64,000 nt of DNA from an uncultured Planctomycetia bacterium. GTDB taxonomy: Bacteria; Planctomycetota; Planctomycetia; Pirellulales; PALSA-1355. Position numbers and translations under genes: made by a program. The notes beneath the pieces were generated by a model. The model was not told the DNA's origin and made no database searches. It saw only the letters and a list, made by a program, of their open reading frames with translations. Below, piece after piece: positions 27,129-40,179 of the stretch. The stretch is taken from contig CAWDFN010000001.1 in assembly GCA_963801675.1 (NCBI GenBank), forward strand, positions 4,439,427 to 4,503,426. The letters are read 5' to 3'. The first letter of the stretch is position 1. Every line of letters starts with the position of its first letter.

Positions 27129-29424
27129 ATGCGAATCCTGGCCGTCATTCACCTCAGCTTGATTTTGCCCGCCCTGCTGCGCGGCGATGAGTGGCGCCCG
27201 GCGGCCGGGCCGCTGACGACTCGCTGGGCGAAGGACGTTTCGCCCGAGAAGGTGCATCCGGAATATCCGCGTCCGCAGTTGGTCCGCGACGACTGGCAGA
27301 ACCTGAACGGATTGTGGCAGTTGGCCATCGGCAAAGAGGGCGAGCCGGCGCCGTTGGGCAAGGAACTTGAGCGGCGGATCCTCGTGCCGTTTCCAATCGA
27401 ATCGGCCCTGTCGGGCCTGATGGAACATGCCGACCGGCTCTGGTACCGGCGCCAGTTCACGATTCCGTCGACCTGGTCTGGCAATCGCGTGCTGTTGCAC
27501 TTTGGCGCCGTCGACTGGGAGACCCGCGTATGGATCAACGGACGCGAACTGGGCACGCACCGCGGCGGCTACGATCCGTTCTCGTTCGATATTACCGATT
27601 CGCTGAAAGCCGACGGCCCGCAGGAAGTCGTTGTCGGGGTGTTCGATCCAAGCAACCAGGGCACGCAGCCGCGCGGCAAACAGGTCGTGGGTGGAAAAGG
27701 AATTTATTACACTCCCACGACGGGCATCTGGCAGACGGTTTGGCTCGAACCAGTGGCGAAGTCGCATCTGTCGCGGTTGCGGATCGTGACGGACGTTGGG
27801 CCCGAGGCGGGTCGCGCGACGGTTCGGATCACGACCGACGTCGAGACAGCTGCCGACGAGCATCGCGTGCGGATCGCGGTGCGCGACGGCCAGCGAGTCG
27901 TGGCCAATGCGACGGGCAGTGTTGGAAAGGAGATTGAAATCCCGATTGCCGACGCCAAGTTGTGGTCGCCCGAGTCACCGTTTCTGTACGACCTGGACGT
28001 CGAGCTGGTTGCTGGCAACGACGTGGTCGATCGGGTAGGCAGCTATTGCGGGTTGCGGACAATCGCGATTGGCAAGGACCCACGGGCCGACGCGGGTAGA
28101 TCAGCGGACAAGCCGGACGTGACGCGGATGTTGCTCAATGGAAAACCGTACTTCCAGGTTGGCCCCTTGGATCAGGGCTTTTGGCCCGACGGGCTGTACA
28201 CGGCTCCGACGGACGAGGCGCTGCGTTACGATCTGGAGATGACGAAGCAGTTGGGGTTCAACATGACGCGAAAACACGTCAAGGTTGAGCCCGCGCTGGT
28301 ATTACTGGTGCGACAAGCTGGGGCTGCTGGTTTGGCAGGACATGCCTAGCGGCGACGCCAGCGTGGCTCCGGGCAAGGGCGAGATTCATCGCACTCCCGA
28401 GGCGGCCGCGCAGTTCGAACTGGAACTGCGGCGGATGATCGACTCGCTGGCCAATCATCCGTCGATCGTGATGTGGGTCGTGTTCAACGAAGGCTGGGGG
28501 CAATACGACACGGTCCGCCTGACCGATTGGGTGAAGAAGTACGACCCGACGCGGTTGGCCGACTGCGCCAGCGGCTGGAACGACATGCCAGCCGGCGACG
28601 TCCACGATATCCATGTCTATCCCGGGCCGGGATCGCCCGAGCCCGAGGCCCGCCGCGCGGCCGTGCTGGGCGAGTTTGGCGGCCTGGGCTTGGGAATCAA
28701 GGGCCACACCTGGACCGAAGGCACCTGGGGCTATCGCACCACGCAGTCGAGCGAGGAGTTGACGCGAAAATATGAACGCTTGCTCGCCGAGGTCTGGAAG
28801 CTCAAGGACAAACCGGGCTTGAGCGCCGCGATCTATACGCAAATTACCGACGTCGAAACCGAAGCCAACGGGTTGATGACGTATGATCGGGAAGTGCTCA
28901 AGGTCGACTCGACACGGGTCGCAGCGGCGAACCGCGGCGATTTTTCGCGCGCTCCACAAGTCGCCACGGTGCTGCCGACGGCGCGTCAGCAGGCCGCGGC
29001 GTGGCACTACCGTCTCGATGCGCCGCCGGCGGGATGGCAGGAGGCGTCATTCGATGCCAGCGCGTGGACCGAGGGACAGGGGGGCTTCGGCACGCGAGGC
29101 ACGCCGGGCGCGACGGTGCGCAGCGAGTGGAAGACGCCGGACATTTGGCTCCGCCGCCAATTCATGCTCACCGCCGATGATGTCCGCCACGCAAGACACC
29201 TGTTCTTGAGCGTCCATCACGACGAGGACGCCGAAATCTATATCAACGGTGTGCTAGCCGCCAAGATCGCCGGGTACACGACCGACTACGAAGAAGTACC
29301 GCTCGATGAAGCAGCCCGCGCGGCGATCAAACAGGGTCAGAACGTCCTGGCGGTCCACTGCCATCAGACTGGCGGGGGCCAATATATCGACGTCGGACTG
29401 GTTCGCATTTCCGCGGCGAAGTGA
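27129..29424 (+). CDS. Glycoside hydrolase family 2 (frameshift near 28290)
   Basis: EYPRPQL, LHFGAVDW, LDQGFWPDGLYTAP, RKHVKVEP|RWYYWCDKLG, WVVFNEGWGQ; C-terminal sugar-binding domain. Confidence 0.9.
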
Positions 29425-29683
29425 GATGAACGGCGCAAGCGGGGAAAGGCGACGAGCACGACCCGCGCACCTGGCATAATCGCTCACCCATGAGTTCGGC
29501 GGGAACCAATGGGGCAGGCCATCGCAGGTGCTTGCTTGACAATCGGGCTCGGCCTGTCTTTGATGGAGCTGTGCGCCAACCATGCGGTGTCCCCCATTCG
29601 GCGGAACCGACACCACCGGCCATTCGAGTTCATGAAATCCAGGCCCAGGCATTCGGGCTCATTGCTCGGCGGGGGTCGTCCCT

Positions 29684-31623
29684 ATGTTCGCGTTTTTTGG
29701 CGGGCCGAACGGCTGGCGCAATTCACGCTCTGCGCATCGCGCTCGCACCGGTGCATGCCGCTTGACACTTGGTCGCCGCTGCGGTCTCGAGCCGCTCGAG
29801 CATCGGCATCTGCTGTCCGCCGCGCCCGGGACGGACGTCGCGTTAGTGGCCAGCCCGGCGATAGAGCCCGGCACGCATCCGTGGCGGAATTCGGTGAATT
29901 ATTTCGACGTCAACAATGACGGCATCGTCTCGCCGATCGACGCGGTGCAGGTGATCAACGCCCTGATCGTAAGCGGCCCTCGTCCGTTGTCGGATCCGCC
30001 CGTCGAGCCGGACGTTCCACCGCCATTTTTGGACGTCAAGCCGGACGGCCAATTGTCAGCGCTCGACGCCCTGCAGGTGATCAACGAGCTGATCGCGCGT
30101 GGCAGCCTGGACGGCTCGGGCGTGCAGGCTCGCATTTGGTCATTGACGGCTCAGACTTTAGCATCCTTACGCCTCCCACCGTGACCTTCAGCGATGGGAC
30201 GGGTTACTCGGTTACTGCCGTGCCCTTGGTGGTCACCAGTACGACCATCGAAACGGCGGTTCCAGCCTATTTCGATTTCACCAACCTTCAATTCCGTTCG
30301 GGGCGCGTGACGGTCACCCTGACGGACGCCTCGGGCCCGCATGCGATTTATAACAACTTCCTGATCTTCGACCTTCAGCGGTCGCAACCCTCGTCTGGCA
30401 CTCTGACCAGCGAATTCCTGCGGAACCTTGAAGGGTTGACCAACCTGGCGCTCGTTGACTACCAGACAATCAAACAAGCCTCGAGCGACGTTGACATCGC
30501 CACCTTGGTGACTTCCTTGCAAAACCAGCAAGCAGACCTGATTGCCATGCGCCAAGCCGTCGATTCGCTCATTGCCGGCACCTCTGACCACGTTGACCTC
30601 GTCAAGACGGCCAACAACGTTCAACTCACGATAACCGCCGATTCGCTGGCCGCGTCCGACCGGCAGATTGCCGGTTGGATTGGAAACTCGATCTCCAAGT
30701 CAGGCCCGATCACGGTCGACGACCTTCGAGGATACTTCAATTCGTTCGTCGCCGACGTGCGCGGAGGCAGGGCCAACGGCGACGCGGCGGCGATTGCCCG
30801 AACGAAGACGCGGTTTGCCGAGATGGTCGACTTTAGCGCCGAAGTGACGGCGCTGTCGGGCGCCTTGAAGTCCGCGGCTGACGGCTCGGCCCCGAACGTC
30901 GCGCCTGCGGCGGCCGTCGAATTCAATTTGGCGACGAGCATAGCGGGCCTGGTTTCGGTCGCGGACTTGGAGATCGTTGCCAATGAAACTCGCCCTGACA
31001 CCTTGGGAACTTTCCTAACCGATTACCCCCAGACCCTCACCTTTCTCGACCAAACGGGCATCTACAATTTGATCACTGTCGAGGGCCAGGCGTTCGCACA
31101 ACTGACGGCCAGCGTGCCGGCAGGAGCGGGCTCCGCCCTGCTCGCGTATCCGACCGAGGCCGGCAACGCGCTGAACCAGGTGCAAAGCCCGCTGCCGACG
31201 CTGACCGGCCCGCTGGGACAGCAGATCAAGGACAACATTTTCGAGATCTGGTTGCAGACTCCGCCCTATTCGGAGTCGGAAGGCGTCAACGAGGTGTTGG
31301 GCAGCGCGCCGTTGACCACGACCGAGGCTGGCGGCACGGGGATATTCCGCGTGCAACTCGCGACGCCGCCGACGGCTCCGGTCACAATTACGTTCGCTTC
31401 CTCCAAGCCGACGGAAGCCAGCGTCACGGAGTCGATCACCATCGACCCGGCCGACTGGATGCTGCTGGAAATCGTGCTGGTCACCGGTCTGGACGACGGC
31501 ATTCGAGATGGAACGGTGGAATACACGATCTCGATGGTCACGCAGAGCGACGACCCCGCCTACGACAACTTGCATCCGACCTCCGTGTCGATGACGCATT
31601 TCGACAATCTGGCCGCAGGATGA
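29684..31623 (+). CDS. Planctomycete extracellular protein with dockerin-like and Ig/Calx-like regions (frameshift near 30135)
   Basis: LEPLEHRHLLS N-terminal motif; DVNNDGIVSPIDAVQVIN and DVKPDGQLSALDALQVIN repeats; TTEAGGT...VTGLDDGIRDG. Confidence 0.75.
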
Positions 31624-31653
31624 ACGGCGGAATGAGACTCGCGGGGGTGCGAG

Positions 31654-33333
31654 TCAGCTCTTCTTGCGGCCCTTTCCCCACACGGCCATACCCGGCTTCG
31701 CGCCGGTGTGCTCGCCGTCGGCGAGCACTTGCTTGCCGTTGACAAAGACGTGCCGCATTCCGGTCGAGTATTGGTGCGGCTGGTCGTAAGTGGCGTGGTC
31801 CGCGACTTTGGCCGGATCGAACACCACTACGTCGGCGAAATAGCCGGGCTTCAACAGTCCACGGTCGGCGAGGCCCAGGTTTTGCGCGGGCAGGCCGGAG
31901 AGCTTGCGAATTGCATCATCGAGCGAAATGACTTTCTCATCGCGGACATACCTGCCTAGCAGCCGCGCGACGTTGCCATAGCTGCGCGGATGAGGCTGTG
32001 ACAGGAGGAACGGGCCTTCGGGCGCTTCGGAGGCCGCGTCGGAGCCGAAGCTAACCCAGGGCAGGGCGATGTTCGCCTTCACGTCGGCTTCGTCCATCAT
32101 GAAATAGATCGTATCGACGCGGCTGTTGTCCTCGATCACCAGATCCATGGCCGTCTCTTCGGGCGTCGAGCCGCGACGAGATGCGACTTCGGCCAGAGTC
32201 TTGCCGGTCAAGTGCTTTAGCGCCGGATTCTTGAAGCCGACCAATAGCACGCGTTCGGGCGAGCCGGACGCCGAGCAGCAAGTTCTCCCACTTGTCGGTG
32301 CGCGTGCGCATCTCGGAGGCGACCCGGCGTCGGGTCTCGCCGTCGCGCAGACGCTGGGTCCACTTCTGCAAGCCCCCTTCCTGGACCCAAGGAGGCATCG
32401 CGCCATCGAGGCCGGTCGCTCCGGCCGTGTACACGTACATGTCGGCGGTGATTCGCGTGCCGGCGGCGCGAGCCGCCTCGACCAGTTCGACGACGCGCGG
32501 CCGTTTGTGCCAGTTGTCCTTGCCGGCAGCTTTGAGGTGATAGATCTCGGCTGGCAAGCCGGCCTCGCGGGCAATCTGGATCAGCTCTTCGACCGCCTCG
32601 GTCAAGCGGTTGCCTTCGCTGCGAATGTGCGAGATGTACATGCCCTGATATTCGGCGGCGACTTTGCACAGTTCGATAAGCTCGTGCGTGTCGGCATAAA
32701 AGGCCGGCGCGTAGATCAGCGACGAGCCGACGCCCAGCGCTCCCTCTTGCATGGCCTGACGAACCAACTGCCGCATCTGCTCCAATTCATCCGCGTTGGG
32801 CCGACGGTCTTCATAGCCCACGACGTGGATGCGCACGGTCGTGGCGCCGACGAACGAGGCCACGTTGCACGAGACGCCGCGTCGAACCAGGTGCTCGAGA
32901 TACTCCGAAAGGGTCGTCCAAGGCACGTCGTACTTGATGTCGCCCTGATGCTCAACGAGATCTTTCTTCATCCGCGCGTTGAGCGGTCCTTCCGACCAGC
33001 CCTCGCCAAACACTTCGAGTGTCACGCCCTGACGGATGTCGCCTTGCGATCGGCCGTCGGCCAACAACGACCGGGTGGCCCAGCTAAGCATATTGATGAA
33101 GCCCGGCGCTACCGCCATCCCGCGGCGTCCACCAATTTTTTGGCCCGCGCGTCGTCCAGCTTTCCCACCGCGACGATGCGGTCCGCGTTGATGGCGACGT
33201 CGCCGAAGACGGGCGGGGCGCCGCTGCCATCGTAGATGCTGCCGCCGCGGACGACCACGTCGTACTCCGCCGAAATTGCGGCTGTCGAATTAGCGACGGC
33301 CAATGCAAGGATCAGCGCGGACAAGCGAACCAT
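31654..33333 (-). CDS. N-acyl-D-amino-acid deacylase (frameshifts near 33120 and 32270)
   Basis: YDVVVRGGSIYDGSG, VAPGFINMLSW, SHIRSEG, HPRSYGN and GYFADVVVFDP motifs across three frames. Confidence 0.88.
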
Positions 33334-33412
33334 GTCGATTACCTCCGGCGAAGGGTTCTGCAACGGACGGGCGCGGTGTGCTCGACACACTCTAATCTTG
33401 GCGGCACAAGCG

Positions 33413-35675
33413 TCATAGCCCCTGCTTGGGCAGCCATTTGCGCACCAGTTGCTCGCGTTCGACGTCGCTGCCGCCGATGATCACTTTGGCATCGTCCTCG
33501 CCGATCAGGCTGGACATTAGCGAGACGACCGTCTCCTCGGGGATCCTTTTTTCCCGTTGGTAGTAGCCCAGTTCGGCCAACAGTGGCAGGGGGTTCTCGG
33601 TTTTCCGGCCAGCCAGCGCCTTGACGCGGACTTGGACCGCCTCGATGTCGAGCTGGGCGGGCAATTCTTCGAGACCCACGTCCTTGTTCATGGTTCCCAA
33701 GAGCGCTTCGACGTCTTTGCGCACCTGACCGACAACGGTCTTCGGCTTCAACGTGCGCAACTCGCGCCCGCCGGCGGCCTCGACGACGCGTATCGCGGTT
33801 GAGACCGTGGGGCGAGCGCCGGTCCCGGTCGCGGGAACGCCGCGCAAGCTGAAGACAAAAACGAGGTCCAAACCTTGCAAGCGCGCGGTCCGCAGCGTCT
33901 CGGCCGGCGTGTCGGCGCCGAGATACGTTGACCCACGCAGCGTCCGATCGGCGGGAGCGCGTATTAGTTCCAAGTCGCCGAACTTACCTTCGTCGTAGCA
34001 TTTGTGCAGCCAGGCCGAAATCAGCCGGCCGCCAGCGTTCTTGGTTTGCTCGTCGAACAACGTTGCCAACGCGGATTGCGAGTCGAGAGCACCGCGGCCG
34101 CGCGTGGCGTGGCGTCCGATGACAATGCCTGTTGCCTCCGACGCCAGGTCGTCGAGTTCGACGGCCGCGCCAAAGCGGAGCGCGATCACGGGGCGCCCCA
34201 ACACGCGACTCCAGCGGAAATAACGCCATACGTCGCTGTCGGAGTGCGCTACGCGCCTCGGCATAAAGGCAGCGCAGCGCCGTGTTCGGATCGGCATCGC
34301 CGAATGCCTTGTCGGCCCGCTGTCGTAACTCGTCGATGCTGGCCGTGTCGGACTCAGACGATATTGTGCCGGTCGGGGGAAGTGGAAGAGGTTGAGGCGT
34401 TGGGCCGCCTGGAGTGGGTCGCGCCGTTGGCGGCTCGGTCGGCTCGTCGGGCGGCGTGACGACCGGCGTGGGAACGGTGCCCGGTTTAGGATCGCCTTGC
34501 TGCGCAAGCGGGGTTGCCGCGTCGGTCTCGTTGCCTTGCGGCTCGACCGCAGGCTGGTTCGGATCGGACGGATCGTCGGGCGACGGAGCGCTGGGAATCG
34601 GCGCCGCGACAAGCGTGTCCGCCGAGGCGACTTGCGTCGGATTGCGCATCACTTTCGCGCCGGCCAGTCCTAATTCGACTTTATAGCGCAACACGATCGG
34701 AAACGCGCACAGCACGATCAGATAGCACCATGCCGAAGCCTGATAGAGCGATCCGCCGGCGAGCCGCGGTTGCAAGCCCATATAACTCAATCCGACCGCC
34801 AAAAGGCCGAAAACCAGCGCCAAGAGTCCTTGACCGCTACGCAGGTACTCGGCTTCGACGAACAACGCGATGACGATGATCGTCAGGAATAGTTTGTGCG
34901 ACGAAGCGAAGTGAAGCAGTTCCTCGATGCTCGGCGGATTCTGCAAGCGCCGCCGCACTCCGCGAAAACGGTCCCGTGCCAGTCGCTCTTCTTCGTCCAG
35001 CATTTCTTCGACGGCGTCCGCGCGGACGGCATCCAGTTGCGGGCTTCGGGTGGCAGCAGAGCGCATGCCGGGCGATTGGGTAATGGGATCGTCAACCGGC
35101 CTTGCGACCGGAGCGGCAAACGGGGCCGCGGTCGCCGAAACCGGTTGCGCCACTGGAATGCCACTCGACGCCGGGACCTGCGGAGACGGCGAGAGAGGCG
35201 CTGTCGGCGAACCGCCCGGCTTGCCAGCCGTCGTGCCTGGCTGAGTCGGCGGCGCTGCCGGTCTGGGCAGCGTCGCGCTTGACTTGTCGCGCACCACTCC
35301 GGACTTGCTGGATGGCGCGTTCGATTTGCCGGGCGGGGCGGCTGGGTTGCCGCCCAGCACGCTCGAATTGCCCGGCGACGCTGCAGCGCCGACCGAAACG
35401 TCGCCGAACACGCTGGAGTTACTCAACTCGATCGTGCTGCCGCCCACCGAGCTCGGGTTGCCGCCCAGCACGCTTGAGCTACCTGGCGAGCTGCTCGATC
35501 CGCTGGCGCCGCGAGCGGCGGCGCCCGGCGGCGGCGGCATGCGATCGTCGGGTGCTCCGGGGAGCGGAATGTCGACCGTCGTGCCGCACTTCTGGCAGCG
35601 AATCGAACGCCCGGCGGCGCCATCGTTGACCCGGTAGCGCTGAGCGCATTTGCGGCACTGGACTGAAATGCTCAT
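33413..35675 (-). CDS. Zinc-ribbon, Pro/Ser-rich membrane protein (frameshift near 34230)
   Basis: N-terminal CRKC...CQKC, low-complexity linker, three TM segments, C-terminal part in the frame of 33413..34612. Confidence 0.65.
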
Positions 35676-35820
35676 CGCGTCGACATGGCCTCGAGAAAGC
35701 GTTCTCCGCTGGGCTTACCCCACTTTCAGTGTCCCCGGAACGCAGGCTCACGTCAAACGGAATGGAAATACTTTTCCGGACCGTCGGCGTTCGGGCTATC
35801 CCCCCTCGCCAAACGGCCGT

Positions 35821-37170
35821 TTACTTGTAGTTTACCATCACGTCGTTCATGGTTTCTTGCGTAATGGCCCCCTCGTCGACAAGGTTTTGCAGGGACGAAG
35901 CCATCGAGATCATGCCGAATTTCTTGCCGGTGGTGATCACGTTTCTCAGGAAGAACGTGCCCCGGTTGCGGATAATGTGCTTGGTCGCCTGATTGACGAT
36001 CAGGATTTCGCAGGCCACGCGTTTGCCGCCGTCGCGGGCGGGCAGCAGCTCCTGGTGGATGACGCCGACCAGGGTGTCGGCCAGCACGTAGCGAATGTGG
36101 CCTTCGTCCTCGGTGGGGGTGAAGCTCAACAGCCGTTCGATGATTTTGTCGATCGACATGATGTGCAACGTGGACAGCACCAGGCAGCCGGTCTCGGCCG
36201 CGGTAAGCGCGATCTTGATGGTTTCGAAGTCGCGCATTTCGCCGATCGAAATGACGTCGGGGTTCTGCCGCAGCGCCGCCCGCAAGCCCGTATGAAAGTC
36301 CTTCGTGTCGCGTCCGGCCTGTCGCTGGCGAATCAGGCCCTTCTTGTTGGTGTGCAGATATTCAATCGGATCTTCGATCGTGATGACGTGCCGCGCGTGG
36401 TTGCTGTTGATTTCATCGATGATCGCGGTCATGGTGGTCGTCTTGCCCTGGCTAGCGCTGCCGGTCAAGAGTACCAGCCCCTTGGTCGCGGCGGCGAGGT
36501 CTTTGACGACGTCGGGCAATTTCAGTTCCGACAGCGTTTTGGGCCGTTGTGCCAAGATGCGAATCACGGTGCCGATGTCGCCGTCGAAATAGCCCACGTT
36601 GACGCGGTATCGCCCGTAGTCGTCGATGGCCATGAAGTCGTAGTCATGATCCATGTGAAATTGCGTTCGCTGGGGCTCGCTCAACAGTTCCAGCGACAAC
36701 CGCTCGCTTTGCTTGGAGGTCAAAGTCTTGGTCGTGGCCGGCACCAGCTTGCGGGCAATTCGGAACAAGATCGGTGCGCCCGGCGCCACGTGAATATCGC
36801 TCACTTTGTGGGCTCGCCCGTGCCTGAGCACCTCATGGATCGACAACTCGTTGAGCGGCGTGGTCAACGGAGAGATCGTGGGCACGGCGGTGGGCCGCTC
36901 GGGCAAAAGCAGCGAGTCGGGCTCGATCTCTTGAATCGCCGGAGAGCGCGACGCGCGGATCATGGGGAACGCCGCTTGCTCCGGCGGCATTGGCGGACCG
37001 CCCCCCTTGGCTCCCGCGGCGACTTTCACCGGGGTAGGCGCCGTCGGCGGCATGCCGGCGATCGTGACCAGGCCTCGGCAGTGCGTGCAATGCACCTGCT
37101 GGTCCTTGGGACGCGATTCAACCTGAAACGTGCCCGCACAGTGCGGACAGCGAAAAAGGACCAGCGCCAT
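35821..37170 (-). CDS. pilT: PilT/PilU-family type IV pilus ATPase with N-terminal zinc ribbon
   Basis: GSASQGKTTT Walker A, ITIEDPIEY, ALRQNPDVISIGEMRD, AAETGCLVLSTLH. Confidence 0.85.
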   Translation of the reverse strand: MALVLFRCPHCAGTFQVESRPKDQQVHCTHCRGLVTIAGMPPTAPTPVKVAAGAKGGGPPMPPEQAAFPMIRASRSPAIQEIEPDSLLLPERPTAVPTISPLTTPLNELSIHEVLRHGRAHKVSDIHVAPGAPILFRIARKLVPATTKTLTSKQSERLSLELLSEPQRTQFHMDHDYDFMAIDDYGRYRVNVGYFDGDIGTVIRILAQRPKTLSELKLPDVVKDLAAATKGLVLLTGSASQGKTTTMTAIIDEINSNHARHVITIEDPIEYLHTNKKGLIRQRQAGRDTKDFHTGLRAALRQNPDVISIGEMRDFETIKIALTAAETGCLVLSTLHIMSIDKIIERLLSFTPTEDEGHIRYVLADTLVGVIHQELLPARDGGKRVACEILIVNQATKHIIRNRGTFFLRNVITTGKKFGMISMASSLQNLVDEGAITQETMNDVMVNYK

Positions 37171-37320
37171 GTGAGCTCCGCCGAGGGATATTAGCCAAAA
37201 TGCGCACCAGCGCGCTGCGGCTATCGCCGCGGCCCGCGCCGGCATTCAGTGTAGAGACGCTTGCATCCACGGAGCAAGGGTCTTTGTCGCGCTGGATTGG
37301 TCGGCGACGAAGTGGGCGCC

Positions 37321-37349
37321 TTGAATTGTCGGCCCACAAGTCCTATAAA
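37321..37349 (+). promoter_or_regulatory. Sigma-70-like promoter of tRNA-Leu
   Basis: TTGAAT-17 bp-TATAAA, 10 bp upstream of the tRNA. Confidence 0.55.
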
Positions 37350-37359
37350 GCCTGATCGG

Positions 37360-37443
37360 GCCGAAGTGGCGGAATTGGCAGACGCGCTAGCCTCAGGAGC
37401 TAGTCCGGGTAACCGGGTGCAGGTTCAAGTCCTGTCTTCGGCA
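37360..37443 (+). tRNA. tRNA-Leu(CAG)
   Basis: GCCGAAG/CTTCGGC acceptor stem, GGAATTGGCAGAC D-arm, CTAGC-CTCAGGA-GCTAG anticodon arm, long variable arm, GGTTCAAGTCC. Confidence 0.97.
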
Positions 37444-37661
37444 TTGATTTGACGGTAAGCACTTACGCAATGTGCTGCCGACGCGATCGGAAAACGTTTT
37501 ATGGGCCGAAACCTTAGAAAAAAGTCCACAGCACATCGAGGCAGTGCCGCTGGCCTTCGACCCGTCGGGGACGTAGAGGCTTTGCTCGGCCGGATGGAGT
37601 CGGCGGCCGATACTTGATCCTTCGAATCTTGGGTCGGCGTCATCAGTCGACGTCACGTACG

Positions 37662-38648
37662 TTATTCGGAGAGACGGCGAAGGCGCTCTTGGACATTTGA
37701 CACGGCGTTTTGCGCTTTTTCGAGTTCCATATTTCCCGAAATAGACGTCCTGTGTGCTGGGTTCATCTTGAAGACTCCGCACAAAGAAGCCGTTTTCCCG
37801 GTTGAGGCTGCGTCGTATATCGTGTCCAACAATCCACCCTTCACCCATTGCCCTGCCAAGACATCGGCGTGGAGTCGTTGAACGGTACCAAGCTCTTCGG
37901 CCAAACGGTTCGCCTCGGCGTCGCCGATCAGATAGAGTCCAATTTGTGATTGACCGACGCCGGCAGCCACGACTCCACTTCGCAAGAAAAGGGTCTTGGA
38001 TTTAGCTCTCGCAGCGCAAGAGATCGTGCACCATCCCGCTCTCCATGACCTCGGGACCGTGGCCAAGAACGTGAACTCTTTGCCACCCTCCATGGAAGCC
38101 GTTCTCGAGGGCTTTAGCTTGAAAAATATGCCGTGCTCGTGATCCGTAGTGCCGCTCGCCACGACCAATCCTCGGGGGGCGATCTCCTTGTAGCGGCTGG
38201 AATGCGTTTTCTTCGAACTCTTGGTCTTGGAGAGGCCCCCGCCGACCCCTTGGTAGCCAACATGAGCAGCGATTTCACCTCCCTTGGCATTCTCCGTGGT
38301 GTCGGTGATCTCAATCAGGTCATCCGCCACAGAGCTTTCAAGTGAGGTGTTCGGAAGATAGTCCTGGAAGCGCAGCTTTTTGTCGGGGCTGGCGACGACA
38401 TAAAGAAAGTCCACGATTTCCGACTCGGACCCCTCCACGATCCTGGCGGAAACCCGAAACTTCGCCTCGATGACCTTGAGAGTTGGGTGTGCTTCAGCGA
38501 AGTCAGTCGGCGTCACTTCTCGGCATTCAACGGTTTCAGGAAGATCGAAGACGACCCGAGCGGGGTCGCTAAAGCTAGGAGCACTGGAACCCGCAACCGC
38601 TAAGAGCGACACTGCGACCAGAGCGAGGAATGCGCTGAATTTGACCAT
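37662..38648 (-). CDS. Secreted hypothetical protein
   Basis: Signal peptide MVKFSAFLALVAVSLLAVA; long ORF with somewhat lower GC. Confidence 0.7.
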   Translation of the reverse strand: MVKFSAFLALVAVSLLAVAGSSAPSFSDPARVVFDLPETVECREVTPTDFAEAHPTLKVIEAKFRVSARIVEGSESEIVDFLYVVASPDKKLRFQDYLPNTSLESSVADDLIEITDTTENAKGGEIAAHVGYQGVGGGLSKTKSSKKTHSSRYKEIAPRGLVVASGTTDHEHGIFFKLKPSRTASMEGGKEFTFLATVPRSWRAGWCTISCAARAKSKTLFLRSGVVAAGVGQSQIGLYLIGDAEANRLAEELGTVQRLHADVLAGQWVKGGLLDTIYDAASTGKTASLCGVFKMNPAHRTSISGNMELEKAQNAVSNVQERLRRLSE

Positions 38649-38881
38649 GCTCGACTCCTTGCCCACCCCCTTGACGCAAACTTCGTGTTTTGGAGGGCCG
38701 CAAACTCTAGCGTCGGCAGTGCAGGCACGTCAATAAGGATCGGCACCGATGGCTTGACGTGCTAGCTTCCCGGATTTTGCAGGAAAGCATTCGGCAATCT
38801 GACGTCCGAGCATGCCGATCCCAAAACCGAACCCGGCACTGGTAAAGGCCGGCATATAGACTGACCGTCAGGTGTGCCTGT

Positions 38882-39181
38882 TCATTTCTTCCTCAGGATG
38901 CCGACGACCTTCTCCATTTCGGCCGAGCCGAACGCGCGCGACGTTGTGGTGTGAACGTTGCCTTGCGCCGACAGATGCAGCATCGCGGCGGTCGCCGTCT
39001 CGTCATCGGGTGCCTCGAAAACGATGACGCCATCGAAATAGCCCAGAGTCCAATAAATATCCGTGACCTTGACGCCCATTTTCTTCGACGTTGCCTTGAA
39101 TACGGCCGCTCGTTTGGGCGATTCTTGGATGCCCTGGACGCCCTGTTCGGTGAACTTGATCGTGGTGATAAAGGTTGCCAT
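38882..39181 (-). CDS. GYD-domain protein
   Basis: FTEQG...YWTLGYFDGVIVFEAPD...GNVHTTT. Confidence 0.85.
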   Translation of the reverse strand: MATFITTIKFTEQGVQGIQESPKRAAVFKATSKKMGVKVTDIYWTLGYFDGVIVFEAPDDETATAAMLHLSAQGNVHTTTSRAFGSAEMEKVVGILRKK

Positions 39182-39217
39182 TGCATCGTCTTCGTTGGTT
39201 CGAATTCGGATTTCGGT

Positions 39218-40018
39218 CTAGCGCCTGCCAACCGCCAAAAGCGCCGCAACGGTCAGGGTCGAGAACACGATCAGCATCTGGCCCGGACTGTAAGTGAGCC
39301 AGACGCTTTGGGTTTGATAGGGAAAATGCCCGCGGAACAGGCCAAACGCCAGAATCAGGTCGCTGGCCAGAAACAGCGCGGCGCCGATGGCCAGGCCGGC
39401 GAGCCTGCGTTCTTGCAGGGCCAGGCCGGTGGCCACGCCCGCAGTGCCGGCCAACAGCAGCGAATAGGGTAGGGCGGGCCCGATGAGCGAGCGATTCTCG
39501 GTTCCCAGAAAGACGACGAAGTACCAGGCCACCAGGCCAACCAATTGCCAAAACAGCACCGCGACCAACATGGTCCGGCGATCGAGCAATCGCAGCTCGC
39601 GGCGAAGATTCCAACAGCCGGCGATGTAAGCGACGTGCCCCAAGCCGAACGCCGCGATGCCGCCGAGCGTGCCGTGCACTACCGGCACGAAGTCGAGCAG
39701 GTTGGCGTTGAAGAAGTCGCCAATTGCACCCAGCGTCATGCCGACGGCGATGCCCAACGAGAATCGTCCGGCGTTGGTGCTGCGCCACCATGCAAAAGCA
39801 CACCAGCCGGCCACCACCAGCGCGACCGACGACGCCATTCGGCAGGCCGTGGGAATCGCCTCGCCGTGCCGCTCCCCGACGGTCCCCCAGACCATCGCCG
39901 TCGCCAATAGCGCCGCCCAAAGCAGCCATAGCGCGGCAAACACTCCGCGCGAAGCGGGTGCAACGGCGCTCGTGGACAATGGCGAACGGCCAGCGAGTCC
40001 TTCGGCATCGGCAGTCAT
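39218..40018 (-). CDS. Lysoplasmalogenase/YhhN-like membrane protein
   Basis: GAIGD, AFGLGHVAYI, GAALFLASD and WLTYSPGQMLI motifs. Confidence 0.8.
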   Translation of the reverse strand: MTADAEGLAGRSPLSTSAVAPASRGVFAALWLLWAALLATAMVWGTVGERHGEAIPTACRMASSVALVVAGWCAFAWWRSTNAGRFSLGIAVGMTLGAIGDFFNANLLDFVPVVHGTLGGIAAFGLGHVAYIAGCWNLRRELRLLDRRTMLVAVLFWQLVGLVAWYFVVFLGTENRSLIGPALPYSLLLAGTAGVATGLALQERRLAGLAIGAALFLASDLILAFGLFRGHFPYQTQSVWLTYSPGQMLIVFSTLTVAALLAVGRR

Positions 40019-40179
40019 GAATCACGCTTTTCGGAAGAGGAATTAGGAGGAAACCGTCACTGGCGCACACAGCCCTGCTGGCAGTCCGATGAAAAGTGTA
40101 AGAGACGATCGCCAATATGTGGCCCACGGAATCCGGCTGATCGTAAAGCGGAAACCAGCGGCGATTGGCGGGCCTTCGC

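Noticed and set aside
37443-38700. Second genomic island integrated at tRNA-Leu
   Set aside because: The downstream gene is lower in GC, but no integrase and no duplicated tRNA 3' end were found.
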